From positions 320,107 through 384,106 of the forward strand of contig CAVURG010000006.1 in NCBI GenBank assembly GCA_963743865.1: a DNA stretch of 64,000 nt. Reading direction: 5' to 3'. Positions 26,877 to 36,065 of this stretch are shown here, in pieces (the stretch's first letter is position 1; each line of letters begins with the position of its first letter). A program made the position numbers and the translations under genes. This DNA comes from an uncultured delta proteobacterium (lineage in GTDB: Bacteria > Desulfobacterota > Binatia > Binatales > Binataceae). Below the pieces are notes generated by a model. It ran no database searches. It was not told the DNA's origin and saw nothing but the letters and a program-made list of their open reading frames with translations.

Positions 26877-28808
26877 ATGACCGATCGAATGTTATTCACC
26901 CGACGCTCGCCCAAAATTCTCGTTTTCCGTCTCTTTTTTGTAGTTGCGGCAGCCGCGTTTGTGGCCGCGCCTGCCCGGGCGCAAGTCCATTCCGATGCGC
27001 ATCGCGGGCGCGGCCGTATCGTGGTGCTGATGGTGTGGGATGGGCTGCGGCCCGACTCCGTCACGCAACGCGACACGCCGAATCTTTACCGGCTGGCCCG
27101 CGAGGGCGTGCGCTTTGACCGCCATCACGCGATCTTCCCGACCCTTACGATGGTAAACGCCACCGCGCTTGCCACCGGAGCGCCGCCCGGCGTCAACGGA
27201 CTCGAGGGCAACGTGTTCTATGTGCCGGCGGATGCGGCGCAGGCCATCGGCAACAGTCCTCCCTTTGAGGCCAAGCCCGGAGCGCCCACGATTGCGAAAG
27301 ATGAGAAGGGCCGGATGGTCTGGGCGGAGGGCGCCAGGGCGATCGTCAACTTAAACGGGGCGGATGGATTCAAGGGCCGTTTGATCGGGTTGGACACGAT
27401 CGCGCAGGAGGTCGCGCGCGAGGGCGGCTACATCGCCGTGATCGGCAAGCAGGGACCGACCTCGGTGTTCGACAATCGCGTCGAAACGGTCGTCGAAGGC
27501 AAGGATATTCTCGGCGAGCCGCACAAGGATTACCTGTTCGCCTCGGACGATCTGGTCGAGCCCGAGTTGGTGAGTCAGAAAATAAGCGCCGCGATGCCGC
27601 CCGATTCGACAACCGCGGTGGCCGACGGGCAGCGCGACTTGTACTTCGCCCGGCTGTCCGTGGAAGACGCTTTGCCGGCGGCCAAGCGCGTGGCGGATGC
27701 GGGCCGGCCTGCGTTGGTTGTTTTCTGGCAGCACAATCCCGATCTCACGCAGCACATTGGCGGCTTGGGCACGTCGCCCGCGATCGAGGCGCTCAGCCTT
27801 TGCGACAACAACCTGATGCGTCTTCGCGCGGCGATCGACGCGTTGGGCATCGCGGACAAAACCGACCTGATGGTGGTCTCGGACCACGGCTTCGCGACGA
27901 TTAAGTTCCGCATCGTCCTGTCGGAAATGCTGGTGGCGGCGGGAATCAAGAAATCGCACGACAGCACCGACATCATCGTCGCTCCCAACGGCGGCGCGGA
28001 CCTGGTTTACCTGTCGCCGACGGAATTTTCCACGCCGCAGTCGCGTCGCGCGGTGCTGCAGAAGATCGTCAACTTTGCCGAGGCGCAGGAATGGTGCGGA
28101 CCGATCTTCTCGCGCGAGTCCGCGACTGCGCCCGATGAGCCGAGCCGTCGTGGCCGCCGCCGGCGCGCGCCGAAACCGTACCTCGGATGGATCGACGGCA
28201 CCTTCAGCCAGCGCGTCGTGGGTCTTTACAATTCCGCGCGCTCACCGGACCTGGTGATTTCATTTCGCGAGGAGCCCAACGCCGACAACAAGGGCCTTAC
28301 CGGGCCGGGCAATCCCGCGTTCCTGATCGGCGGAAGCGGACAGGTCTCGACGCCGAACAAGTCCGCCGAACTGGTGCGTCCGGTAAAAGGACTCGTGTAC
28401 GAGGATAGCGGGACCAGCAAAACGTTCACCACCGGGATGGGAATGCATGGCGCGGCAGGCGAGCGCGAGATTCATAACTTTTGCGCCGCGATTGGCCCGG
28501 ACTTCCGGCGCGGGTTCGTCGATCTCAACCCCACCGCGAACACCGACGTTGCGCCGACGATCACGCAGATACTGGGTGTGCTGCCCAATATCGGCCCCGG
28601 CGGTGTGGCGCCCGCCGGACGCGCGATGGCCGAGGCGTTGACCGATGGCCGCCGCAGCGCAGGCGGAGCGCATACGCAAACGATGACGGCGGACCTGATG
28701 CTGCAAGGCGTCGAGGCCGTGACGACGATTCGAGTCACCTGGCTCGGCGACGAGCCGTATCTCGACGGCTCCACGGTCGAGCACAAGCCGTTGGGCAGCT
28801 CACCGTGA
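26877..28808 (+). CDS. secreted alkaline phosphatase / nucleotide pyrophosphatase (NPP) superfamily protein
   Basis: Signal peptide followed by VVLMVWDGLRPD...FPTLTMVNATALATG (metal-ligand Asp and nucleophile Thr region) and later VVSDHGF. Confidence 0.75.
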   Translation: MTDRMLFTRRSPKILVFRLFFVVAAAAFVAAPARAQVHSDAHRGRGRIVVLMVWDGLRPDSVTQRDTPNLYRLAREGVRFDRHHAIFPTLTMVNATALATGAPPGVNGLEGNVFYVPADAAQAIGNSPPFEAKPGAPTIAKDEKGRMVWAEGARAIVNLNGADGFKGRLIGLDTIAQEVAREGGYIAVIGKQGPTSVFDNRVETVVEGKDILGEPHKDYLFASDDLVEPELVSQKISAAMPPDSTTAVADGQRDLYFARLSVEDALPAAKRVADAGRPALVVFWQHNPDLTQHIGGLGTSPAIEALSLCDNNLMRLRAAIDALGIADKTDLMVVSDHGFATIKFRIVLSEMLVAAGIKKSHDSTDIIVAPNGGADLVYLSPTEFSTPQSRRAVLQKIVNFAEAQEWCGPIFSRESATAPDEPSRRGRRRRAPKPYLGWIDGTFSQRVVGLYNSARSPDLVISFREEPNADNKGLTGPGNPAFLIGGSGQVSTPNKSAELVRPVKGLVYEDSGTSKTFTTGMGMHGAAGEREIHNFCAAIGPDFRRGFVDLNPTANTDVAPTITQILGVLPNIGPGGVAPAGRAMAEALTDGRRSAGGAHTQTMTADLMLQGVEAVTTIRVTWLGDEPYLDGSTVEHKPLGSSP

Positions 28809-28824
28809 ACGCATAAGGAAGGAA

Positions 28825-29330
28825 CTTAACTGTAGTGAAACCCGCCGTGGGTTTGCAGGGGTGACCCCTGCACCCAGTATTAAGGCCGCCCGCCGTTGGC
28901 GGGCGCGGCCGCTGCCAACGGCTTAATACTGCGCTGCCGTCGCCACGGCCAGGGGTAACCCCTGCACCTTAGTAAGAAGAGAAGAAAAGATGCGGGACTT
29001 CGTCCCTGTTAGAACAGGTTAGGGAGGAAGTGGTGGCTTTGTTTTTGTGTCATTCTAGAGCGAAGCGAAGAATCCCGGTTCCTTCCTAGCCTCGCCCTGC
29101 AAGGGAGAGGATCAAGGTGAGGGTCCGATTACAGCGCGCCCTGTTTCCCCTTCTTAGTACTGGCCTCCCGTGCCAACGGGTCTTAACCCTGGCTACCCGT
29201 GCCCACGGGCGCGCGATTCAGGATTCTGCGTCCGAATCCTTTAGCCGTCCGCTTCTTATCTTTGCGTCATCCCGAGCGAAGCCGAGGGACCTCGGATCTT
29301 GTCCATTTGCGCGGCTAATCCGGACGCCTA
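28825..29330. repeat. mosaic array of palindromic repeat modules (includes an inverted variant of the 102-bp unit)
   Basis: gtgaaacccgccgtgggttt (28835); inverted unit variant at 28856-28964; aagatgcgggacttcgtccctgtta (28988); tgtgtcattctagagcgaagcgaagaatc (29046); ccctgcaagggagagg...ggtgaggg (29095); gcgtcatcccgagcgaagccgagggacc (29264). Confidence 0.85.
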
Positions 29331-29418
29331 GCAGGGAGAATCCTTTGTCCCACCCGATTAGGGCTCGATTTGGGCGACGTTGCGCGCGCGAAGGCGACGG
29401 CGGTGCGCCTAAGCTGCC

Positions 29419-30011
29419 TTATCTCTGCTGGTTCAAAAACGAGATAAGCGCTTGGAGCCCCTTCAGGGCTTCCTTCTTCTGAGGTGCTAGGAGCCGGGGT
29501 CGCGTGCTGTCGAGCAGGCCAGAATCGGACAATTTCCTGCGGCTGATCAACAATCGTCGGTGATGTTCGTATTTTTCTGCCGATTCATCATCGAGCTTTC
29601 TGGGTCGATAAGCGTCGTCGGCGTCGCTCCATTCAAAGCCTCCGCGCCGCAAGAGGTCTTCGGCTTCGATCAATATGCTCGGCTTCACAGAGAGTGGTCC
29701 TATCAGGACTCGAAGGCCACGAACAAGGCCGCGAAGGCCTTTAGAAGGAGTAATTAATCTTTTCGCGCGGAGCGCCGGAGCAGACCAGAAACGAAAATAA
29801 TGGATTCCACGATCACGAAGCAAAAGGAGATGACGAGCAAGCCGAGTATCCCGGCGATGACTATATGGCCCATTGTCAAATCGAAAATGCTGGAGCGTGT
29901 ATAGAGATTTGCAACAACGGAGATCGCAAGAGATGCAACCAACCATGCAATCAGCCAATTTCGACTGCTCATTTTCCACCAGTTCCTAATCGTTCGGCGT
30001 TCCGAAGGCAA
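29419..30011 (-). CDS. hypothetical membrane-anchored protein (frameshifted as assembled)
   Basis: Track ORF 29754..30011 (two TM helices: WLIAWLVASLAISVVANL; IVIAGILGLLVISFCFVIVESIIF) fuses to the C-terminal 112 codons of ORF 29419..29979 if the A4 run at 29760-29763 is read as A5 (…RRSARK|RLITPSKGL…). The region is AT-richer and I recognise no family. Confidence 0.4.
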
Positions 30012-30061
30012 AATGGCGCGCTAAAGAGCGGGGTAAGGTAGCAGTCTGCGCCGCGCGATCA

Positions 30062-30535
30062 CTACTTGGCCCTTTTCTTTCGGGTCGTCCAGATATCCAT
30101 CCGAATCCCGGGACTCCTACCGGGTGCCGACCTGAACAGGACTCTCAAGCTTGCCTCAAGTGGTTCTTCTGATGCGATTTCTGCTGAAATTGGATGTGGA
30201 ACCCATCCGAGTTGCTCTCGCCGCCCCACACCTGTTTCGTCCAACCAGGTTCCAATTACCTTTACCGCGCAAGAATCAAAATGGTTGCCGGGGTCCCGCT
30301 CCAGCGCGAGTCGTTGGCAACTCCCCTCTATAAAACTGGAAGCTGGGCCAAGGCGCTCAGGCTGCGAAATTCCTGCTACCATGGCGTTGCGCGCGAGCCG
30401 CCGATCCATGCCGAGGGGGCGCTCCTCGTCGATGCGCACGACGTGCGCACGTGGAACCCCGCGCGGCATTCCGCCGCGCGCACCACGCCATAGCAGGAAG
30501 AAAACGGCGGCGAGACTAAAAGCGAGTATCGTCAC
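30062..30535 (-). CDS. membrane-anchored HIRAN-domain-like protein
   Basis: N-terminal TM helix (MTILAFSLAAVFFLLW) followed by VAGISQPERL...CQRLALERDPGNHFDSCAVKVIG...QLGWVPHPISAEI. This follows the HIRAN pattern (VxGxxxx...LxREPxNxxDxxAIxV...xGYxPxxxA) as I remember it. Confidence 0.55.
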   Translation of the reverse strand: MTILAFSLAAVFFLLWRGARGGMPRGVPRAHVVRIDEERPLGMDRRLARNAMVAGISQPERLGPASSFIEGSCQRLALERDPGNHFDSCAVKVIGTWLDETGVGRREQLGWVPHPISAEIASEEPLEASLRVLFRSAPGRSPGIRMDIWTTRKKRAK

Positions 30536-30794
30536 CCGGCCATCTCCAACTCGGCCTTAGCCAAGCTCATTCAATGGCGAGTATCCGATGCGCACACCGA
30601 CAGTCAACGAGGAACCGGACTCAAGAGACCAGCGAGCCGTTAACCCTTCGTAGTGTCGGGCTATTCCAAGGTAGGAATAACTCGGAATCGGTAAGAACCG
30701 CCCTTCGACCTCATTCGATCTCATTCGGCCCCGACCCCGGCCGACCTTGCCCGATGCCCTTGTTTTTTCTCTGGTAAAATCGCGAGTTGGTTGA

Positions 30795-30845
30795 TGGGCA
30801 GGGAGTGAATCGAACACTCGACACAAGGATTTTCAGTCCATGTGT
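30795..30845 (-). pseudogene. tRNA-Phe(GAA) 3' fragment (anticodon arm to discriminator), no 5' half
   Basis: The minus strand reads CACATGGACTGAAAATCCTTGTGTCGAGTGTTCGATTCACTCCCTGCCCA. This gives anticodon loop CTGAAAA, T arm GAGTG TTCGATT CACTC and acceptor 3' strand CCTGCCC+A. No complementary GGGCAGG or D arm lies upstream, where the MFS stop codon sits at 30855. Confidence 0.7.
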
Positions 30846-30854
30846 AATCTCGGC

Positions 30855-32138
30855 TTAATCCAGCGCGGTGATTGAGCGGCCGCGCGTCTCGGGCAGTATC
30901 CAGACCATCAAAGCGCCCGTCGTCGAGAAGACCGCGCCGAGTGAAAGCGTCGCGCCGAAACCAAACCGCGCGCCGAGCGCCGCAATCAGGATCGGCGTGA
31001 AGAACTGAAATCCGCGCGTGACGTTGAGCAGCAGCCCGAGCGACGTATTGCGAATCCGCGTCGGCAACAGCTCGGCGATCATCGGCGCGACTCCGGCCCA
31101 GATACCGGTGCCGAATCCCGCCGTGAACATCGCAGCCGAGATGAGTCCGGGCACGGCAATCGCTGGGTTCCATAGTACCGTCGGCGGGATGGTGCCGACC
31201 GCCATCAGCATCCCGTATGCGCAAAACGCGGGCCGGCGGCCGAATCGGTCCGCGACGCGGCCAAACGTCAGGTAGCCGAGCACGCCGCCGACCTGCATTT
31301 CCATCATCATGCGGCCGGCGCCCGCGGCGGTAAGCCCGCGCTTGAGTTCCAGGTATCCCGGCATCCAGGTGTAGGTGAACCAATACGCCTCGGAGTTCAG
31401 CAGCACGACTACGAACAGCAGCACGAAGACCCGCTTGTGCAGGAGAATCGCGCGCAAATCGACGCCGCGGTTCAGCTTGGTGCGCGTGCGCTGCCAGACG
31501 TCGCTCTCCGGCATCCACTTCAGCACCGCGGCGACGACAAATACGGCGGGGATGGCGGAAACCATGAACGTCAGACGCCATCCGATCGCGGGTGCGAGAT
31601 AACCGCCCGCTGCCGCCGCCAACAGAACCCCAAGCGGCGCTCCCGTCTGCACGTATGCTGCGTATCGTGCGCGGCGCTCGGCCGGCACGCTTTCGGCAAC
31701 CAGGCTTTGTCCGGGGGCCCATCCGCCGCCCATCCCGAGCCCGGTTATCGATCGAAACACGATCAGTTGGGGCAGAGTATGGCTCAGTCCGCACAGTGCG
31801 GTGCCGACGCCGTAGATCGCGACCGTGGCTGCGATCGTTGGTTTTCGCCCGAAGCGATCGCCGAGGAAGCCGAAAATGACTCCGCCGAGCGCCGTCATCA
31901 GCAGCGATGTACCCAGCGCCAGCGACGACTGCTCCGGCGTCAGGTGGAGTTCGCGCGCAACCGGGACCAGCAGGAACGAGTAGAGAATCAGATCGTAGAA
32001 GTCGAAAATCCAGGCGGCGAAGGCGAGTGCGACGATTCTCAGATGAATCGCGCCGGGCGCGCGCTGATTCATCAGCAGTTCGCGTGGATTGCCCCGGACG
32101 CCGGGCTGGGGCGGCTGTGTATTGGCGACTGGCTCCAT
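30855..32138 (-). CDS. MFS transporter
   Basis: 427-aa ORF with about 12 hydrophobic segments and the MFS loop motif GFLGDRFGRKP. Confidence 0.85.
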   Translation of the reverse strand: MEPVANTQPPQPGVRGNPRELLMNQRAPGAIHLRIVALAFAAWIFDFYDLILYSFLLVPVARELHLTPEQSSLALGTSLLMTALGGVIFGFLGDRFGRKPTIAATVAIYGVGTALCGLSHTLPQLIVFRSITGLGMGGGWAPGQSLVAESVPAERRARYAAYVQTGAPLGVLLAAAAGGYLAPAIGWRLTFMVSAIPAVFVVAAVLKWMPESDVWQRTRTKLNRGVDLRAILLHKRVFVLLFVVVLLNSEAYWFTYTWMPGYLELKRGLTAAGAGRMMMEMQVGGVLGYLTFGRVADRFGRRPAFCAYGMLMAVGTIPPTVLWNPAIAVPGLISAAMFTAGFGTGIWAGVAPMIAELLPTRIRNTSLGLLLNVTRGFQFFTPILIAALGARFGFGATLSLGAVFSTTGALMVWILPETRGRSITALD

Positions 32139-32258
32139 GGAATCGGGTATGGTTGGCTATCCTTGCCGGGTGCGACTGTCAAGGGAACGCGCCCGGCGCC
32201 GCGTCATTTTGACTCCGCCAAGGCCGCAGCGGCGCGCTTTCGCAGTTCGGAGGAGCGA

Positions 32259-34001
32259 ATGTTCAGAAGATTTTTTCGATGGATTTTTCGAACAGCGATC
32301 ATAATCGCGGTGCATTCGCGATCGTCGCCATCTCGGATTACATCTCGCATCGGGTGCAGCCCAACTCGGTTCTGGCGGTCGAACTCAACGGACCGGTTGT
32401 CGAGCGCGGCGGCAGCGGCCTGCTCGGCCTGTTGAGTAAAAATCAGACGTCGCTCAACGTTCTGCGCAATGCGATCGACCAGGCTGCGAAGGATCCGAAG
32501 ATCGTCGGCCTGGAAATCAGGGTTATCAACCCCGAGATGGAACTGGCGCAGGCGCAGGAGATCGTCGGACTGATCAAGCTCGTTCAAGAGCCACGGCAAA
32601 TGGACGACCGCGTACATCGAGACCGCCGGCGAATCGGGCTTGGGCAATCTGCCCTACCTCGTTGCGAGCGCCGCCGATGAAGTCTCGCTGATGCCGCGGG
32701 GAGACCTCAACCTGATGGGAGTGCAGCTGCGCGAGCTGTTCATGCGCGGCACGCTCGACTGGCTGGGGATCACGCCGAACTTTGCCTCGGCGGGGCAGTA
32801 CAAGAGCGCGGCCAACATGTTCACCGACAAGGACTTCACGGCGGCGCAAAAGGAAGAGGACGAAGGGCTGGCCGGGAGCTTGTTCGATCAGATCGTCGCG
32901 GCAATCGGCGCCGAGCGTAAGCTCAGTCCCGACGCGGTCAAGACCTTGATCGATCAAGCGCCGTTGAATGCGGACGCGGGCCTGAAGGCGCGGCTGGTGG
33001 ATCGACTCGAGTACGAGGACGAATTCAGCGATCGGGTGAAGCATCATGGCGGCTCGCTTCACAAGGTGGTCGACTACGCCAATTACGCGCGTGCGAGCCT
33101 GTTCTCCAACTTTGGCGGCGGAGATCAAATCGCGGTGATTTACGGGGAGGGAGAGATCCAGCGCGGCGGCGAAGGCTTCAATCCATTTTCAAGCCCCGGC
33201 ACCGAAGCGATGACTTCCGACGACATGACCAAAGCGTTCAAGTCCGCGCGCGAGGATGACGACGTTCGCGCCGTTATTTTGCGGGTCGATTCACCCGGAG
33301 GCTCGATGCTCGCGTCGGAACTCATCGCCCGCGAGGTCGAGCTCACGGCAAAGAAAAAACCCGTGGTCGTCAGCATGTCGGGATACGCCGCTTCGGGCGG
33401 ATACTTGATATCGATTCCCGCGGCGAAGATTGTCGCCGAGCCCGGCACGATCACCGGCTCGATTGGCGTGCTCGGCGGCAAGTTCAACGTCTCGCCCGCC
33501 GTGCAAAAGATTTATGCGAACACCGACGCGGTGAGCCGCGGAGCAAACGTCGGAATGTTCGACATGTGGACCGACTTCACGCCCGCGCAATCCAAACAGT
33601 TCCAGGATGAGATTATGCGCGACTACCAGTACTTCCTGAAACTGGTCGCGGCCGGCCGCCATATCACGGTGGAGCAGGCCGATGCGGTCGCGCAGGGACG
33701 GGTCTGGACAGGGGAGCAGGCGCTCAAGATCAAGCTGGTCGATTCGCTTGGCGGACTCGATGACGCGATCGCGGCCGCGAAAGGATTGGCGCGCCTCGCT
33801 CCCGATCAGCCGGTCGGAATCATCGAGCTTCCCGAGCAGCCGGGACTGCTGCAATCGCTGACCAGCGGCAAGATGGTCGCGTCGATCACGCAGCGCCCGG
33901 CTGCGCGAATCGTCGAGCCGGTCATCGAGCTGATTCGCCTGGCGCTCAGCGGTCACGCGATTTTCAGCGCTGCGTATTGCCCGGTGGCGCCGATGCTCTG
34001 A
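32259..34001 (+). CDS. sppA: signal peptide peptidase SppA, 67K type (two frameshifts as assembled)
   Basis: ATG at 32259 with a GGAGGA ribosome-binding site. The N-terminal TM anchor is MFRRFFRWIFRTAIIIAV. Two S49 domains are present (…ILRVDSPGGSMLASE…VVSMSGYAASGGYLIS…). The pieces lie in three track ORFs and join with indels near 32310 and 32582. Confidence 0.85.
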
Positions 34002-34021
34002 TCGCATTCGGAGCAAGTCTC

Positions 34022-34270
34022 GTGCGGCAAACAATCATCGGCCTGCTGATGGTGGCGTTGACGGCGGCGTTTTTCTACTGGGTGGGAAGGCGCCGTTACA
34101 AGTGCCCGTACTGCGGACGCGTCGTCAGGTATGGCGACGTCAACTGTCCGCACTGCGGCAACGACATGAAGTATCGCCATCGCGCCGGTCCCGAGGCGGT
34201 TCCCAGGGCGGCGGCGGACCTGCGGCCGGCCAGGCGCCGGCCTTCCGGCGGCCGCTCTTCACGGAGTTGA
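34022..34270 (+). CDS. hypothetical small membrane-anchored zinc-ribbon protein
   Basis: From the GTG at 34022: one TM helix (TIIGLLMVALTAAFFYWV) followed by CPYCGRVVRYGDVNCPHCG. The tail is Arg/Pro-rich. Support is weak. Confidence 0.3.
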   Translation: MRQTIIGLLMVALTAAFFYWVGRRRYKCPYCGRVVRYGDVNCPHCGNDMKYRHRAGPEAVPRAAADLRPARRRPSGGRSSRS

Positions 34271-34317
34271 GGGCGGCTCGGGCGCGGCGCGACCGGCACA
34301 TTGCTCGAAAATCGCGG

Positions 34318-34821
34318 CTACAGGCCCTGCTGGGCGTGGCAGTCGGAGCAGATTCCGTACAGTTCCATCTTGTGCCGGGTCAGCGTCACGCCGAGATCGC
34401 GGGCGACGATGTTTTGCATGCGCTCGATCGCGGCGTTCTCGAACTCGATGATCCGGCCGCATCGCTCGCAGATGAAATGATCGTGATGGCGCTCGCCGAC
34501 GGCTTCGTAACGCGCCTGGCCCTCGTCAAAATGGCGCTCGTACAGCAGCGCGCATTCCTTGAGCAGGCGCAGCGTCCGGTAAATCGTCGCATAGCCGACG
34601 TGCGGGTTGATCTTCTTGACCTTCGCATGCAGTTCTTCGGCGCTGATATGATGTCCGAGCTCGAAGAATACGCGTGCGATGTCGTCGCGCTGGCCGGTGG
34701 ACTTGAGCCCGCGCTCCTTGAGCCGGACGTGGAAGACATGCATCCGCTCTTCCGCGCTGATCGCAGGTTTGCGATCGATTACGGTGTGACCAGCCGACGC
34801 GGTTTCGCCGGGACGCGGCAT
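34318..34821 (-). CDS. fur: Fur-family transcriptional regulator
   Basis: LKSTGQRDDIARVF...HISAEELH...GYATIYRTLRLL (winged helix), HHDHFICERCGRIIEF and CSDC metal sites. The true start may be an internal Met. Confidence 0.85.
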   Translation of the reverse strand: MPRPGETASAGHTVIDRKPAISAEERMHVFHVRLKERGLKSTGQRDDIARVFFELGHHISAEELHAKVKKINPHVGYATIYRTLRLLKECALLYERHFDEGQARYEAVGERHHDHFICERCGRIIEFENAAIERMQNIVARDLGVTLTRHKMELYGICSDCHAQQGL

Positions 34822-34829
34822 CGCAGTGC

Positions 34830-35123
34830 TCAGGCTGGGGCGTCTCCGAGGTGAACGACGCGCCGCGCCGCGGGCGACAGGTATAAGGATTCGAGATCGC
34901 GCAAGCGCAGCGCCTCGGCAATCACTTCGAGCTGCTCGGCGGCAGGCTGATCGCGATCGATAATGACGAGGTTCTTGTCGCGCAACCGGCAGGCGCCGCC
35001 GCGCGTGCGGTAGCCGATTTCGCGCATGATCTTTTCACGACGGACCTCGAGCCCGACGCGCTCGGCAGCCTCGGCGAGCTCGTCCACGATTCTCATCATC
35101 CGCGCCTCGCTAAGTTCGCTCAT
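34830..35123 (-). CDS. hypothetical protein upstream of fur
   Basis: About 97 aa from MSELSEARMMRIVDELAEAAERVGLEV.... It lies 9 nt upstream of fur on the same strand. I recognise no family. Confidence 0.4.
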   Translation of the reverse strand: MSELSEARMMRIVDELAEAAERVGLEVRREKIMREIGYRTRGGACRLRDKNLVIIDRDQPAAEQLEVIAEALRLRDLESLYLSPAARRVVHLGDAPA

Positions 35124-35227
35124 TTCACCCGCCTGCTTGCGCAATCGATTGTGGCTGCGGCCGCGCCCCCTCTTGAGGCAGCACCGCGCGGCATGTTATC
35201 GCGGTAATTGACGCGGAGGTCACGCAC

Positions 35228-36065
35228 TTGATCAAGAAGATCCTCGTCGGCATCGACACCTCCGAGCACTCCCGACAACGCACAGGCGTACGCCTTCTAT
35301 TTTGCCCGAATCTTCAATGCGTCGCTGATCGGATTGCATGTCGTCGATATCGTATCGATCGAAGGCTCCTTTTTCCATGATATATCAGGTTCGCTTGGGC
35401 TGGAACCATATTTGGACTTCTCGTCCAAGATGCGCGAGGTGCTGACCGCCCGGGGCCGCGGCGCGCTCGACGAATTTGCCGCTGCGGCACGCCGCGAGAA
35501 TGTCGCCGTCGAGACCGTGATCGACATGGGGATCGTGGCCAACCAGATTTGCGAGCGGGCGCGCAGCGCCGACCTCGTGATGATCGGCCATCGCGGCGTC
35601 AACGAAAAGTTCTCGACCGGGCTTTTGGGTTCGACCGCGGAAAGCGTCGCGCGCAAATCTCCACGCCAGTTGTTCATCTCGCCGAGACGATTTCGCGAGG
35701 TCAAACGCCCCGTGCTGGCGTACGACGGCAGCGAACGCGCATCGCGCGCGATGCGCTCGGCGGCGGAAATCGCCAACGGCCTCGGCGTTCCGATCACCGT
35801 CATTACCTGCGCGCGCGATCCCAAGCTGGGCGAGCGCACTCTGGCCGAAGCGCGCACCTACTTCGAGAACTACACGCCCAAGGCCGAGTTCAAGCTGTTG
35901 CAGGGTCACGCCAACGAGGAAATTGTGAAGTTCCTCAAAGAGCACGATGCCGACCTGCTCTTCATCGGCGCCTACGGGCACAGCAGGATTATCGAGATGG
36001 TGCTCGGCTCGACCACCGAGTTCGTGCTGCGCAACTCGCCCTGCCCGGTGTTCCTGGCGCGCTAG
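35228..36065 (+). CDS. tandem universal stress protein (UspA family) (frameshifted as assembled)
   Basis: TTG at 35228 follows GGAGGT. LIKKILVGIDTSEHS continues after one extra C (35271-35273) as DNAQAYAFYFARIFNASLIGLHVVDI and then runs into track ORF 35334..36065. The second Usp domain ends GAYGHSRIIEMVLGSTTEFVLRNSPCPVFL. Confidence 0.8.

Noticed and set aside
30795-30866. A complete tRNA-Phe gene on the minus strand.
   Set aside because: Only the 3' part folds (anticodon arm with one mismatch, T arm, acceptor 3' strand). The upstream 25 nt lack GGGCAGG and any D arm, and they overlap the MFS stop codon. No CCA follows the discriminator.
35144-35228. A Fur box or other operator in the divergent fur-operon / usp spacer.
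   Set aside because: I see only weak AT-containing half-sites (gttatcgcggtaattgac, aatcgatt). Nothing approaches the 19-bp Fur consensus well enough to call.
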